This document shows positions 1-14,585 of a stretch of DNA of 64,000 bases, piece after piece (the first letter of the stretch is position 1; every line of letters starts with the position of its first letter). This DNA comes from Alphaproteobacteria bacterium (lineage in GTDB: Bacteria; Pseudomonadota; Alphaproteobacteria; Bin95): assembly GCA_964291285.2 (NCBI GenBank), contig OZ219789.1, forward strand, positions 224,001 through 288,000, written 5' to 3'. The notes below the pieces were generated by a model. The model was not told the DNA's origin, searched no databases, and saw only the letters and a program-made list of their open reading frames with translations. Both the position numbers and the translations under genes were made by a program.

Positions 1-11
1 ACAACGAGATC

Positions 12-2153
12 ATGCCGTTTGTGGGCCCCTGTGCTCTAGAGGACGACGACTTTCCCTTCGAGATGATCAGCGACATTGCAACGGCAGAGAGCTGGCGCAA
101 GGAAATCCATCGCCCAATCTACCATATCCACAAATGGTGGGCGCACCGTCTGGGAACGGTTTTCCGGGCCGTCGCTCTCGGTGCGCTCACGCCTTCGGGG
201 ACGAATATACTTGATGCCTTTTACGGGAAGGTCCGGCTGAAAGACCGGGTGGTCTTCGACCCATTCATGGGCAGCGGAACCACTCTCGGCGAGGCACTCA
301 AGCTAGGGGCCCGGGCCGTCGGCCGCGATATCAATCCGGTCGCGCATTTCCTCGTACGCAACGCTCTTGCCGTTCATGACCGCCCGGCCGTCCTGGAGGC
401 TTTCGAGCATATCAGGCACGATGTGGCAGAGACCCTGAATGCCTATTACAAGACGACGCTTGAAGACGGCACCCGAGCAGATGTCCTTTATTTTTTCTGG
501 GTCAAGCAACTTGATTGTCCGGCATGCCGGACCCCTGTTGACCTTTTTTCATCCAGGATCTTCGCACGCCACACCTATCCCAAACGCCATCCAACGGTCC
601 AAGCCCTCTGCCCGTCCTGTGGCGGGGTGAACCCGGTTCGCTTCGATGCCCGGATCGTCACCTGCTTGCATTGCTCACACGCATTCGACCCGCAGGACGG
701 ACACGCCTGCGGACAGAAGGCCACCTGCCCGGCCTGTTCCCATCGCTTCCAGATCGCCAGAACCATCCGGGACAGCGGTGATCCACCCGCACACCGTCTC
801 TACGCCAAGCTTGTTCTGACTGCCGAGGGGGAAAAGCGCTATCTGGCCGCGACGGACGCGGACCACATGCTCTACCGGGAGGCATCGGCGGCCTTGGCGA
901 ACCGGGCCGACGCCTATCCGGTCGTTGCGATAACGCCCGGATACAATACCAACCAGGCTCTCGGCTACAACTACCGTTACTGGCATGAGATGTTCAACGA
1001 CCGCCAGTTGCTTTGCCTTTCGATTCTAGCCGAACGCATCCGCGCGCTTGCCGATCCCACGCTTCGGGAACTGTTCGCCTGCCTGTTTTCCGGGGTCCTG
1101 GAATTCAACAACATGTTCGCGTCGTTCAAGGGAGAGGGAACGGGGGCGGTACGTCACATGTTCGCCCACCACATCCTCAAGCCCGAGCGCGTTCCGCTGG
1201 AAGCAAATCTCTGGGGAACTCCGAAGAGTTCCGGCTCTTTCATGACGATGTTCGAAGGCCGCATTCACCGGGCGCTCGATTATGCCGACAACCCGTTCGA
1301 ACTGCAGCTCGTGCGCGGCAATGGCCGCAAGGCTACTGAGAAGGTCTACGGCCTTTCCGAGCCTCTGGGTTTCGATATCGCCGACAACTACGACGAGTTC
1401 GCACAGGGCCGGCGCGTCTATCTTTCCTGCGGCGATTCCGGCCGGACCGACATTCCGGACTGCTCGGTGGACGCCATCGTCACGGACCCCCCCTTCTTCG
1501 ACAACGTGCACTATTCGCAACTTGCTGATTTCTTCCATGTCTGGCAGCGCCATATACTGGGGGACGAGGGGACGAGACGATCCCCGACTACGCGATCCCC
1601 GGCCGAAGTGCAAAGCGCTGATGTTGCGGTATTCACCCGGAGGCTGTCGCGCGTTTGGGTCGAAGCCCATCGCGTGCTCACCGATGAGGGTGTGCTGGCC
1701 TTCACCTATCACCACTCACGCACCGAGGGTTGGCGTGCGGTTCTCTACGCGTTGATGGCGGCGGGCTTCGGCGTCACCGCCGCCCATCCGGTCAAGGCGG
1801 AAATGTCGGTAGCGATGCCCAAGCTTCAGGCGAAGGAGCCGATCGACCTCGATATAGTTCTGGTTTGCCGCAAGCGTGCCGGCTTGGCGATACGTAGATC
1901 GAACGGGGACATGTGGACAGCTGTCCTGCCGGTGGTATCCGGACAGGTCTTGCGGTTGAGAGAACGCGGGCGCAAGCTGAGCCGGAACGATATCCGCATC
2001 ATCGTGATGGCGCAATTGGTCCGTCAACTATCTCATCTGCCCACCCCGGAAGCTGCCTTGGTCCGTCTGGAGAGCAGCGGGCCGGAGGTGGAGGAAGCTA
2101 TCGAGCGCCTGCATCCTGCGACTGGAATCAATGCCGGCGGGACATGCTCGTGA
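12..2153 (+). CDS. Adenine-specific DNA methyltransferase with DUF1156-like N-terminus and Zn-ribbon insertion
   Basis: HKWWAHR N-terminal motif; motif I VFDPFMGSGTT; four CxxC pairs; motif IV TDPPF; stop overlaps the start of the next gene (GTGA). Confidence 0.85.
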   Translation: MPFVGPCALEDDDFPFEMISDIATAESWRKEIHRPIYHIHKWWAHRLGTVFRAVALGALTPSGTNILDAFYGKVRLKDRVVFDPFMGSGTTLGEALKLGARAVGRDINPVAHFLVRNALAVHDRPAVLEAFEHIRHDVAETLNAYYKTTLEDGTRADVLYFFWVKQLDCPACRTPVDLFSSRIFARHTYPKRHPTVQALCPSCGGVNPVRFDARIVTCLHCSHAFDPQDGHACGQKATCPACSHRFQIARTIRDSGDPPAHRLYAKLVLTAEGEKRYLAATDADHMLYREASAALANRADAYPVVAITPGYNTNQALGYNYRYWHEMFNDRQLLCLSILAERIRALADPTLRELFACLFSGVLEFNNMFASFKGEGTGAVRHMFAHHILKPERVPLEANLWGTPKSSGSFMTMFEGRIHRALDYADNPFELQLVRGNGRKATEKVYGLSEPLGFDIADNYDEFAQGRRVYLSCGDSGRTDIPDCSVDAIVTDPPFFDNVHYSQLADFFHVWQRHILGDEGTRRSPTTRSPAEVQSADVAVFTRRLSRVWVEAHRVLTDEGVLAFTYHHSRTEGWRAVLYALMAAGFGVTAAHPVKAEMSVAMPKLQAKEPIDLDIVLVCRKRAGLAIRRSNGDMWTAVLPVVSGQVLRLRERGRKLSRNDIRIIVMAQLVRQLSHLPTPEAALVRLESSGPEVEEAIERLHPATGINAGGTCS

Positions 2154-2587
2154 GTCTCGTTTGCGCCGTCTTCAGGGAATGCGTCCGCGCCATGCGCAAT
2201 GGCGTTCTTATCGAACGGGAAAGCCGTCGAGACAAGGAGTTTCACTTTCAGGACTGGTTTGGAGACCGTCTCGAAGGAATCGACGAGAAGTACGACGAAC
2301 CCAGCCGTAACACCTACCCCGACTTCAGGCTCGTGCGCCATGCGGAAGGCTATGAGGTCAAGGGGCTGGCCTACCCCGGACGCGATGCGGATTACGACTG
2401 CAATAGTCAGGTGCCTCGCGGCGAGCACAACGGACGCCAGATTTTCTATGTCTTCGGACGCTATCCGACACGGCCGGACGGTGACAGATACCCTGTTCTC
2501 GATCTGGTGATCTGTCACGGCAGCTTCCTGAACGCCGACAGTACCTATGTGCACCAAAACAAGAGTTTTCGCGGCTTCGGCAGCTAT
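2150..2587 (+). pseudogene. PD-(D/E)XK restriction endonuclease, N-terminal fragment (interrupted by IS21)
   Basis: YPDF...YEVKG catalytic motif; coupled to the MTase; the frame resumes after IS21 at duplicated AGCTAT. Confidence 0.75.
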
Positions 2588-2766
2588 TGCGGCGCGACAA
2601 TCAACTTGAGACTTCCGCGTCAATCAGGATGAGACGAGGGAAGGCGGCGGCCCGGAACGGAGGGAGGGCGTAGCCCGACTGTAGTTGCGGGCCGCCGGCT
2701 CGAAAAATTTCCTCCGGGCCTTCTGGCGGGATCGGCCGTTCGGGCGAACGTTGGTGCTTTTCCAAG

Positions 2767-7035
<4,269 letters not shown>

Positions 7036-7287
7036 CCCGAGGCCACCAGCTCGGCCGAACTGCCCTCACACTCACGGCCCGCGGGGATCGCCTCCGCGGG
7101 CCGCTTCATCTCCGGCCCACCGGACCGCCGCGACAATCAAAAATCCTCGGAACCTGTCGCGCCGCGACAATCAAAACCAAAAACCGCTTGCAATCCCCGC
7201 CGCGCGACACAATCCTCTCCCTCGTCGCTGCCGCCGGGAATCTCATCCTGATTGACGCGCGGCTCTCATCCAGATTGTCGCGCTATA

Positions 7288-7596
7288 AGCTATGGCGATA
7301 TCCTGATCCGGGATCGCAAGATGTATGTTGCGCCGACCCCGTTCGCACTGGCCGACGGCACGGCGCATCGCCGCACCCTGATCCTTCCGTCCGGCATTCC
7401 GGCAGACGACGATCTTGTCGAAATCGGGCGTCTCACACGGCGCGAAGTCGATCGCGTGGTCGTAAGCTACAACTTCGACCTGCGCACCAATGACCTCGTT
7501 GCGACTCTCGTCCCGAATCCCACGGCCGGTGCCGAACATGCTTTCAACGCCTATCGCATGAAAGACGATCCCGGCGGGCCGGTAGTGTTGCGTGAA
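7288..7596 (+). pseudogene. Restriction endonuclease, middle fragment (SYGDILIRDRK...VVLRE)
   Basis: Joins in frame with 2150-2587 once IS21 is removed; cut again by IS1380 at 7597. Confidence 0.75.
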
Positions 7597-7667
7597 CCTA
7601 AATCCGGCATTTGACGGGCTTGATCGCTGTCTCGGGGCGGTGTGAATGGTCGATTTCGGGGTGGATT

Positions 7668-8671
7668 TCAGCACGCGGGCGCGGCCCTGGGTGGCGGCAG
7701 CCAGGGTTGACACCCCGGTTCGCGGCCATGGAGGTATTTCCTGAGCGCTTCAGCGAGGATCCGGCGCCAGCGATCCCCGGCGCTCAACTGCTCCGCACTT
7801 TGCGTCAGCGACCGGAAGAAGTCGGCAATCCGCCGCAAGGCTGTGGCCACTGCCTGCCTGCGCCCATGATGGGAGTTCACCGTCAGCCTGGTCTGGCCGG
7901 CGTGGTGGGTCTGGCGGGCGACGCCGTGCAGGAGCAGCGGCCGGCTGGTGATCGCCTCGCGGTGGTGGTCGGGATCGGCGAGGCGCACGAACAGGCTCCA
8001 CCAGTTGTAAATGAGCGCGACCAGCCGGGCCATGTGCCGGCAGCGCGTCAGGTCGCGCGTGGTGAAGCCACCCCACTGGTTCTTCAACTCGTCGAAGCCG
8101 TTCTCCGCGTCTGCCCGGTCGCGGTAGAGCTGGGCCAGCGAGCGTATCTCCAGGTCCAGCGAGGTCGCCAGCACCGCGAACTCCCACACCCCGGTGCCAG
8201 GCTGCGCCTCGGTCCAGAACAGCTCGCCCTGGGCCTTGTCGCCACGCGTCAGCGCCAGCGTCGCCGGAAGCCGGCGGCGCAGCACCACAACCCGGCGCGT
8301 CCGGCTCCAGCCGTGCAGACGCAGATCGGCCCCGATCCCCGACCAGCCCTGGCCTGCATCCTCCCAGCCGTCCCGCGCCATCAGACGCTCGGCAAGCCGG
8401 CGCGCCCCCTTCGTCAGGCGCAGCTTGAACAGATAGTCCAGACCCGCAGCCTCGCACGACGCCATGTTGGCCTCGTTGCCCCAGTCCTTGTCGCCCCGCA
8501 CCAGACGCGGCCAGCGATCCCGACCGAGACGGTCGAGCAACGCCCACAAGGACGGCGCCGCGCGCCTCGAATGGTGATGGTTGCCCGGCGCCACCTCGAC
8601 ATCCAGAACAAGCCGCGTGCCCGCCATCAGGAACGCATGGCAGGCATGCGAGGGGCGGCCCGGCTTCTTCG
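7668..8671 (-). pseudogene. IS1380 transposase C-terminal part
   Basis: KKPGRPSH, VRGDKDWG, YRDRADAENGFDELK motifs; continues the N-terminal part at 10827-11388. Confidence 0.85.
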
Positions 8672-8886
8672 TGTCAATGGCAGCCGAAAATTGCGCATTT
8701 TTGGCAAGTGAAAATTGCTCACTTTTGTCTTTGATCCCTTTCGCCCGGCACGGTGCTTGGGGGGTGGGCCTCGATGGAGCTGTGGGTAACCGGGTTGGCG
8801 CAGCGACCGCCGCGAGTCTGGCGGCGACAACCCGGTTATCCATAGCGGGCGGCGGTCACCGTTGCCGTTTTTGCTCCGGGCGGGGA

Positions 8887-9684
8887 TCACGCGGCGGCCC
8901 TCTTGCGTCGCCGGTCCGAGCCGGACTGCAGCAGGTTCTGATGATCGCGCATCCGGTAGGAGTTCCCCCGGATGTTGACGATGTGGCAGTGGTGGACCAG
9001 GCGGTCGATGAGAGCCGCCGCCATGACCTCGTCGCCGAGCACGCCGCCCCAGTCCTCGAAGCCCTTGTTCGAGGTCAGCACGGTCGATGCCTTCTCGTGC
9101 CTGGCGTTGATGAGCTGGAAGAAGAGCACGGCGCCGTCCTGGTTGACGGGCAGGTAGCCGATCTCGTCGACCACCAGCAGCGCCGGGTGTGTGAGCACGC
9201 GCAGCCGGTGGGACAGGTTGCCGGCGGCCTTGGCCTCGGTGAGGGAGTCGATCAGCCCTGCGAGCGTGCCGTAGTAGACGCGCCGTCCAGCTTCGGCCGC
9301 GGCGATCGCGAGGCTTATGGCCAGATGCGTTTTGCCGACCCCGGGCGGACCAAGCAGGATCACGTTCTCGCGGCGGTCGACGAAGCCGAGCTCGTGCAGG
9401 CTCTCGATCTGCTCGCGCTTGATGCTGGGCTGGAAGGCGAAGTCGAACTGGTCGAGCGTCTTCACCGCGGGCAGCCTGGACGAGCGCATGGCGGTCTGGA
9501 GCCTGCGGTTGTTGCGGAGCACGATCTGGGCGTTCAGCAACTGCTGGATGGCCTCGGCCGCGGTGATCGAGCCGCCGTCGGCTTCGGACAGGATGCCGTC
9601 GACGGCCTCCAGCGCGCCGGGCATCTTCAGGTCGGCCAGCATCGCCCGCAGCCTGTCGCGCCGGCTCGGCGCCGGGGGCTTCAT
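8887..9684 (-). CDS. istB: IS21 helper ATPase IstB
   Basis: ATG at 9684 (MKPPAPS); GPPGVGKT, LVVDE, DRLVHH, GNSYR. Confidence 0.93.
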   Translation of the reverse strand: MKPPAPSRRDRLRAMLADLKMPGALEAVDGILSEADGGSITAAEAIQQLLNAQIVLRNNRRLQTAMRSSRLPAVKTLDQFDFAFQPSIKREQIESLHELGFVDRRENVILLGPPGVGKTHLAISLAIAAAEAGRRVYYGTLAGLIDSLTEAKAAGNLSHRLRVLTHPALLVVDEIGYLPVNQDGAVLFFQLINARHEKASTVLTSNKGFEDWGGVLGDEVMAAALIDRLVHHCHIVNIRGNSYRMRDHQNLLQSGSDRRRKRAAA

Positions 9685-10703
9685 TGCAGCGCCTCCGCAT
9701 AGACGCTGAGCGGGCGCCGTTCGACCTCCACACTTGTCGGAAAGCGCCGTCGTGCGGGCTCCGGAGCCTGGCGGAGGCCGAGACGCCGGTAGGGAGAGAT
9801 GGCCAGGGGGCGAAGCGCCGCCCGTTCGTCGCGCTCGAAGCGGTCGACGGGGCGTTCCCCGGTCGTGGCGTGCCGGCGAACGTTGGCCGTACCCTCCAGC
9901 CAGCCCGCGGCCTGTTGGTTGAGATCGTCGTCGTTCGCGAAGCTGCGTCCGTAGAAGAAGCTCTCGCGGATGTAGCGGATCGGACGCTCCACCTTGCCCT
10001 TCGTCCGGGCCCGACAGGGGCGGCACGAGCGGGGCATGAACCCCCAGTGCGTGGCGAAGCGCAGGAACTCCGCGTTGAGCACCAGGCCGCCGGCGCCGGT
10101 GCGGTCGTCGGACAGCACCACCGCGCGCATCTGGTCGAACAGCAGCTCCTCCGGAACCCCGCCGAACCGACCGAAGGCGCTCTCCAGTCCCTCCATCAGC
10201 ACTGCCATCGTCTGCCGGGGGAAGAACCGCAGCCACAGAAGCCGGGAGTAGCCCAGCACCACCACCAGGGCATGACGCCGGCCCCAGGGAAGCCGGAACG
10301 TCCCGAAGTCCACCTGGCCCTGGCGACCCGCCGGCGTCTCGAACCGCACCACCGCCTCGACCGGCTCGCGCGGCCGCGTCGCACGCACATAGTCCAGCAC
10401 GCGGCGATAGCCGCCCGGGTAGCCCGCCGCGCGAACCTCGTCGAACAGACGCTTCGCCGAGAGCTTCGGGAACTCCTCAAGGCGCGCGTCGATGATCCCC
10501 TTGTAGGGATCCAGCTTGTGAGCCACCGGGGGGCGCGGCGCATAACCTCGCGGGCCGGCCGACAGATCACGGTCCAGTTGGCCCGTCTCGATCCAGTAAT
10601 GGATCGTGCGCCGGTTCACCCCGAACCGGCGCGACAGCTCCGCCTTCGAAACGCCCTGGTCCAGATAGTGCTTCAACAACATCCTCGTCTCCCATCCATA
10701 CAT
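9681..10703 (-). CDS. istA: IS21 transposase IstA
   Basis: N-terminal HTH; RFET.AGRQGQVDFG, LFDQMR, TKGKVER motifs. Confidence 0.93.
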   Translation of the reverse strand: MYGWETRMLLKHYLDQGVSKAELSRRFGVNRRTIHYWIETGQLDRDLSAGPRGYAPRPPVAHKLDPYKGIIDARLEEFPKLSAKRLFDEVRAAGYPGGYRRVLDYVRATRPREPVEAVVRFETPAGRQGQVDFGTFRLPWGRRHALVVVLGYSRLLWLRFFPRQTMAVLMEGLESAFGRFGGVPEELLFDQMRAVVLSDDRTGAGGLVLNAEFLRFATHWGFMPRSCRPCRARTKGKVERPIRYIRESFFYGRSFANDDDLNQQAAGWLEGTANVRRHATTGERPVDRFERDERAALRPLAISPYRRLGLRQAPEPARRRFPTSVEVERRPLSVYAEALQ

Positions 10704-10826
10704 CCGCGCGCCGCACCCCGCTCCGTTGGCAAAGCCAACAGAGCGGCCCGACGCATCTTCAGCGACAAGCCAAAAGTGAGAAATTTCGGGTTGCCAGAAA
10801 TGGGAAACTTACGGGTGCCACCAACA

Positions 10827-11388
10827 GCTTCGGGTTGTAGCTCACAACCGCCCCCTCCTGACGACCGTAAAGCGGCTTGATCGTCGTGTCGCAGTCCAGA
10901 ACCCACGGCTCCCTCAGCAGCGGACGGACCACCTCGTCCAGATGGCCCTGAAGCCACGATGTGCCGGCCTCCGCACCGATCCGCTCCAGACCGCGCCGCA
11001 CCGAATCCTCGCTCGCAACCTTGTCCATTCCCAACAGCGCAGGGTTCACCCCGTCGCCGCGCAACGACGTGATGTGCGCATACCGCGATTGCCCCGCCAG
11101 AACCGACAGCAGCACCGTACCCAAGACATCCCGCTTCGACGGCGCGTTCGGGCTCGTGTACCGCAGCGGGCAGTCCGCAACCAAAGCGTCAAAGCGACCG
11201 CTCACCTTCAGGTATTCCGCGAAAAACGCCAGATGGCCCAGCGGCGTCACCGCCGCATCAGGGTCCCATTCCACATGAACCGCGCCGCCGAAGGTGTCCA
11301 CCTTCACCGACGCTCGGGCGACATCCCGCACAGCGCCAGGACAGTCACCCACAGGGTGAGCCTCTTCGGCCCCTGAAAAGCCGCTCAT
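10827..11388 (-). pseudogene. IS1380 transposase N-terminal part
   Basis: VTPLG, WVLDCDTTIKPLYGRQEGAVVSYNPK; junction restores YNPKKPGRPS. Confidence 0.85.
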
Positions 11389-11451
11389 ATCCGCAGACTA
11401 CAAGCGATTCGGCGAGGCCCCGCCATCCTCAACTGCCGGATTTAGGGTGAA

Positions 11452-11501
11452 CATTCCCGTGAGCTCGCCGAGCGTACTGTCCGGAATCGGTTTGGTGATT
11501 A
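11452..11501 (+). pseudogene. Restriction endonuclease C-terminal tail (HSRELAERTVRNRFGD)
   Basis: In frame after removal of IS1380; TAG stop restored when IS630 is removed. Confidence 0.6.
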
Positions 11502-12741
11502 TACCAAGCGCGGTTCGAATTGACTCATTGTTCCAACATGTTGTGTTGAGGTGAGGTGTTGAGGTGAGGTGCCGGACAACGTTGATAGAGTGATGTCAGG
11601 CAGTCTTGGGGTTGGAGGATGATGATGGGTGCGGCGACGCCGATAACCTGGACGGAGCATGGATCGGACGATCTCCATGATCTGGCGAAGCGCTGCGGTG
11701 AGGCGAAGCAAGCCTGTCGGGGGCGTGCGATCGCGATGATCATGGATGGGGCGTCGCGCACGGAGGCGGCGCGGGCGCAGGGCATGGAGCTTCAAGTTCT
11801 GCGCGACTGGGTGCTGCGCTACAATGCGGAGGGGTTCGAGGGGCTTGCGGATCGTCCTCGCGGGGGCAGCGATGGTCGGTTGACGGAGGCTCGGATTGCC
11901 GAGATCGGGTTGTGGGTCGAGGCGGGTCCCGATCTTGAGCGGGACGGTGTCACGCGCTGGCGGGTTCAGGACATCATACGGAAAATCGAGGAGGCCTTCG
12001 GGGTCATTTATACGGAGAGCGGCGCCCGTATGATGCTCCGAAGGGCCGGGTTTCGTTTTGTCTCGGGACGGCCGGTCCACCCCAGGGCCGACGCGGAGCG
12101 GCAGGGGGCGTTCGTGGCGGACTTCGAGGCAAGGGTGACGTCGATGCTCAGTTCCGAGGCGCTGGCGGGCCCGATCGAAATCTGGTTCCAGGACGAGGCG
12201 CGCATCGGCCAGAAAGGGATGACGACGCGCGTCCGGGCGCGCGGGAGGCAACGTCCGCGCATCGTGCGCGACCATCGCTATGGCTATGTCTATCTGTTCG
12301 GCGCCACCTGCGCACAGCGCGGCGTCGGCATCGCCGATGTGGCGGACAGGGCGAACACGGCGGCGATGAACGAGCATCTGGCGGCGATCGGCGCGGCCGT
12401 GGCGCCGGGTGCGCACGGCGTGGTCATACTGGACGGGGCAGGCTGGCATCGCTCGGGCGACCTTCTCGTCCCCCCCCAATCTGACGCTCCTGCATCTGCC
12501 GCCATACAGTCCGGAACTCAATCCCATGGAGCAGATCATACCGGTCCTGAAATCGAACCGCTTCGCCAACCGTGTGTTCAAGGATGTCGCCGCCCTGAGA
12601 GAAGCCTGCCGGACGGCATGGCAATGGCTCATCGAGCAACCCGACATCATCACCAAAACAACCCGGCGAAGCTGGGCCGTCGCACCATCGTGACGATCCC
12701 CACGACCCAATGCATCGGTCTATATGACTTGCGGTTGGTAT
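11502..12741 (+). mobile_element. IS630-family element
   Basis: Ends TACCAA.../...TTGGTAT, flanked by TA at 11500-11501 and 12742-12743. Confidence 0.82.
11619..12693 (+). pseudogene. IS630 transposase, frameshifted at a poly-C run near 12470-12478
   Basis: WFQDEARIG and ILDGAGWH in one frame; LPPYSPELNPME in another. Confidence 0.8.
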
Positions 12742-13018
12742 TAGCGCGCTGCCGTGTGCGTGACGTGATTCGTTGGCCTGGTAGCGATCCGGTGGGTTTG
12801 AAAACCCGCTGTTCGGCAGTTCCGGCTGTGACCGCGTTCGCAGGAACCGGCGCGTGGCGGAGGGCGCACCCAGGTCGTTCCGTGCGGCAATCGGGGTGTG
12901 TTGCCGACGCTCAAGACCACGAATGAAGTGGACCGGAACGGGGACGCTGCGGTCCAGACCTCGGGCGATGAAGCGGGATCGGCCTGTCCGGGATCGAGCA
13001 GCGCCGCGGTGCGGAGAC

Positions 13019-13369
13019 TTACCCGGTGTCATTGTCCGCGAGCGTGGACGGGGCGGTGAGAACGCCATCGGCAGGCCTCTCCGCATCGGGGTCCGGCACG
13101 ATCGTCGAGATGAACTCCCGGATTTCCCGGACTTCGGCTTGGCGTCCGTCGGCGATGAGGCCTCGGGCGATGGCCTGGGCGGCGAACAGCGAGGCCCGGG
13201 CCACCTTGATTTCGGCCCCTGTGCCGGGCCATTCGCGCCGGTCGAGAGCCTGGATGGCGAGCTCGACGACGAGCCGATTGGGCGAAACCTGCCGCTCCCT
13301 GGCCGCCGTTTCGATACGCTTCCATTGGTCTGCGGTGACCCGGATGTTCTTCTGGAGTGATGATGCCAT
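13019..13369 (-). CDS. Ribbon-helix-helix protein, putative relaxosome accessory factor (TrwA/TraY-like)
   Basis: QKNIRV strand followed by two helices; transcribed away from the oriT-like site. Confidence 0.6.
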   Translation of the reverse strand: MASSLQKNIRVTADQWKRIETAARERQVSPNRLVVELAIQALDRREWPGTGAEIKVARASLFAAQAIARGLIADGRQAEVREIREFISTIVPDPDAERPADGVLTAPSTLADNDTG

Positions 13370-13497
13370 GCGGTTTCACCCGTTCTTGCGTGTGGATTCG
13401 CTAGAGTTCCGGTTCGGGTTCTGTCAGATCCCCGGGGCCGCGCGGCCCCCGGTCGTCCGGCGTGGCGGGGCGAAGTCGCGGGCGAACGCGGCCTTCG

Positions 13498-13522
13498 GAC
13501 AGCTACCGGACCGGTAGCTGTC
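13498..13522. promoter_or_regulatory. Perfect palindrome GACAGCTACCGG-A-CCGGTAGCTGTC
   Basis: 12-bp arms, 1-nt spacer, between the RHH gene and the oriT-like site. Confidence 0.5.
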
Positions 13523-13781
13523 ATGGTGCAGCGTATGCGAGGGCGATACCAGACTGGTAGTTTCGCAGGAGCAAGTCCATATCCAGCGGGGGCGGAAGGG
13601 GCCTCCATGTCCGACGGAATGCGGAAGAGCGGCGCCCAACCTCCTGATATCGCGCATGTGTTTGCAGCAAACACGGGAGCTACCAATCCGGTGCGACCTT
13701 TCCCGGCGTGACAGGAGCGGACAGACCTGCGCCCGCCCGCGGCATGGGCGGCCACAGCGGACACGGGCAGCCATGGCAACG

Positions 13782-13808
13782 CCTGCATCAAGGATGCGTC
13801 GGGTGTGA
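13782..13808 (+). other. Putative MOBF-type oriT/nic site, copy 1 (predicted nick 13806/13807)
   Basis: GCATC-AAG-GATGC hairpin followed by GTCGGGTGT^G; resembles F (TGCGTGGGGTGT^G) and the R388 hairpin-nic layout; identical copy at 35792. Confidence 0.65.
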
Positions 13809-14585
13809 CGGTAAAACTCCGAACGGAGTCGAGATCGGGCGAGGTTGCCCTGCACACCACCATCTCCTGAAACGCCAGCGTCACAAGGGACGGGAGCCGT
13901 CGCGGCGATTGAGCGAGACGACCGGTCCGCGATCTTCGAGCGCGTTCCGCGTTGTCGTCCGGTCGCAGAGGTAACAGAACGCGGCGCGGCGTGCAAACGG
14001 CGGAGGGCAGTCTTCACACATGGCGCACCGGAGCCGGCGGCGTTACCTCGGCGGCACGGGCGCCGCCGCACATGTTCCGCGGAGCCGAAGGACGCCGCGC
14101 ACATGTTACCGCGATGCAAGCGTGCTCGACGAAAGCGGGGCTGTTCAGGGTGATCGCGTGCTGCTCACACATTACCGCAGACGCAGACGGGGATGGCGCA
14201 CCCGTTACCGCGGCTTCAGCCGCGCGGGTGCGGTGACGGTTGCGATAGCCGTTGCGATCGGAGGCGCCGACGGCGGCGCCTGCACGACTGCGGGCAGCGG
14301 TGCGAAGCACGGTGTCGTGCCGGTCCGGCAGCAGCGCCGGCAGTGGGCGGGTCAGCAGTGCCTGCGGCACTGCGCCGGGCCCGGCGCAGCCCGCGATGCA
14401 CCCATGCGAAGCATGGTGCAGCGGCGCGTGACGCGGCAGCCCCGGATCGCAGTCCGGGGCAGGCTCCTCACGAACGCGGCGCGAAGCGCGCGCGAGGCGT
14501 AGCTGTCGCGCGACGGGTGTGCGCATACGGAGACGGACCGCGCCGCCGCCGGAGCGGAGACGACGCGGCCCGTGGGTGCTGCGTG

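Larger units (their letters stand above)
8672..10826 (-). mobile_element. Second IS21-family element, inserted in the IS1380 transposase
   Basis: TG...CA ends; flanking CTTCG duplication (TCTTCG/GCTTCG); istAB. Confidence 0.88.
7597..11446 (-). mobile_element. IS1380-family element (carries nested IS21)
   Basis: IRs CCTAAATCCGGCA(T/G)TTGA; 5-bp TSD GTGAA (7592-7596, 11447-11451). Confidence 0.88.

Noticed and set aside
7125-7215. Repeated CGCGACAATC motifs as a novel array
   Set aside because: Multiple terminal transposase-binding repeats are normal for IS21.
11544-11572. Short tandem GTTGAGGTGAGGT repeat
   Set aside because: Two copies inside the IS630 left end; most likely replication slippage.
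12744-13032. Possible truncated coupling-protein gene after the RHH gene, and a GTGCGCCCTCC MOBQ-like nic fragment near 12860
   Set aside because: No convincing protein motif; the nic match lacks the upstream TAA and inverted repeat.
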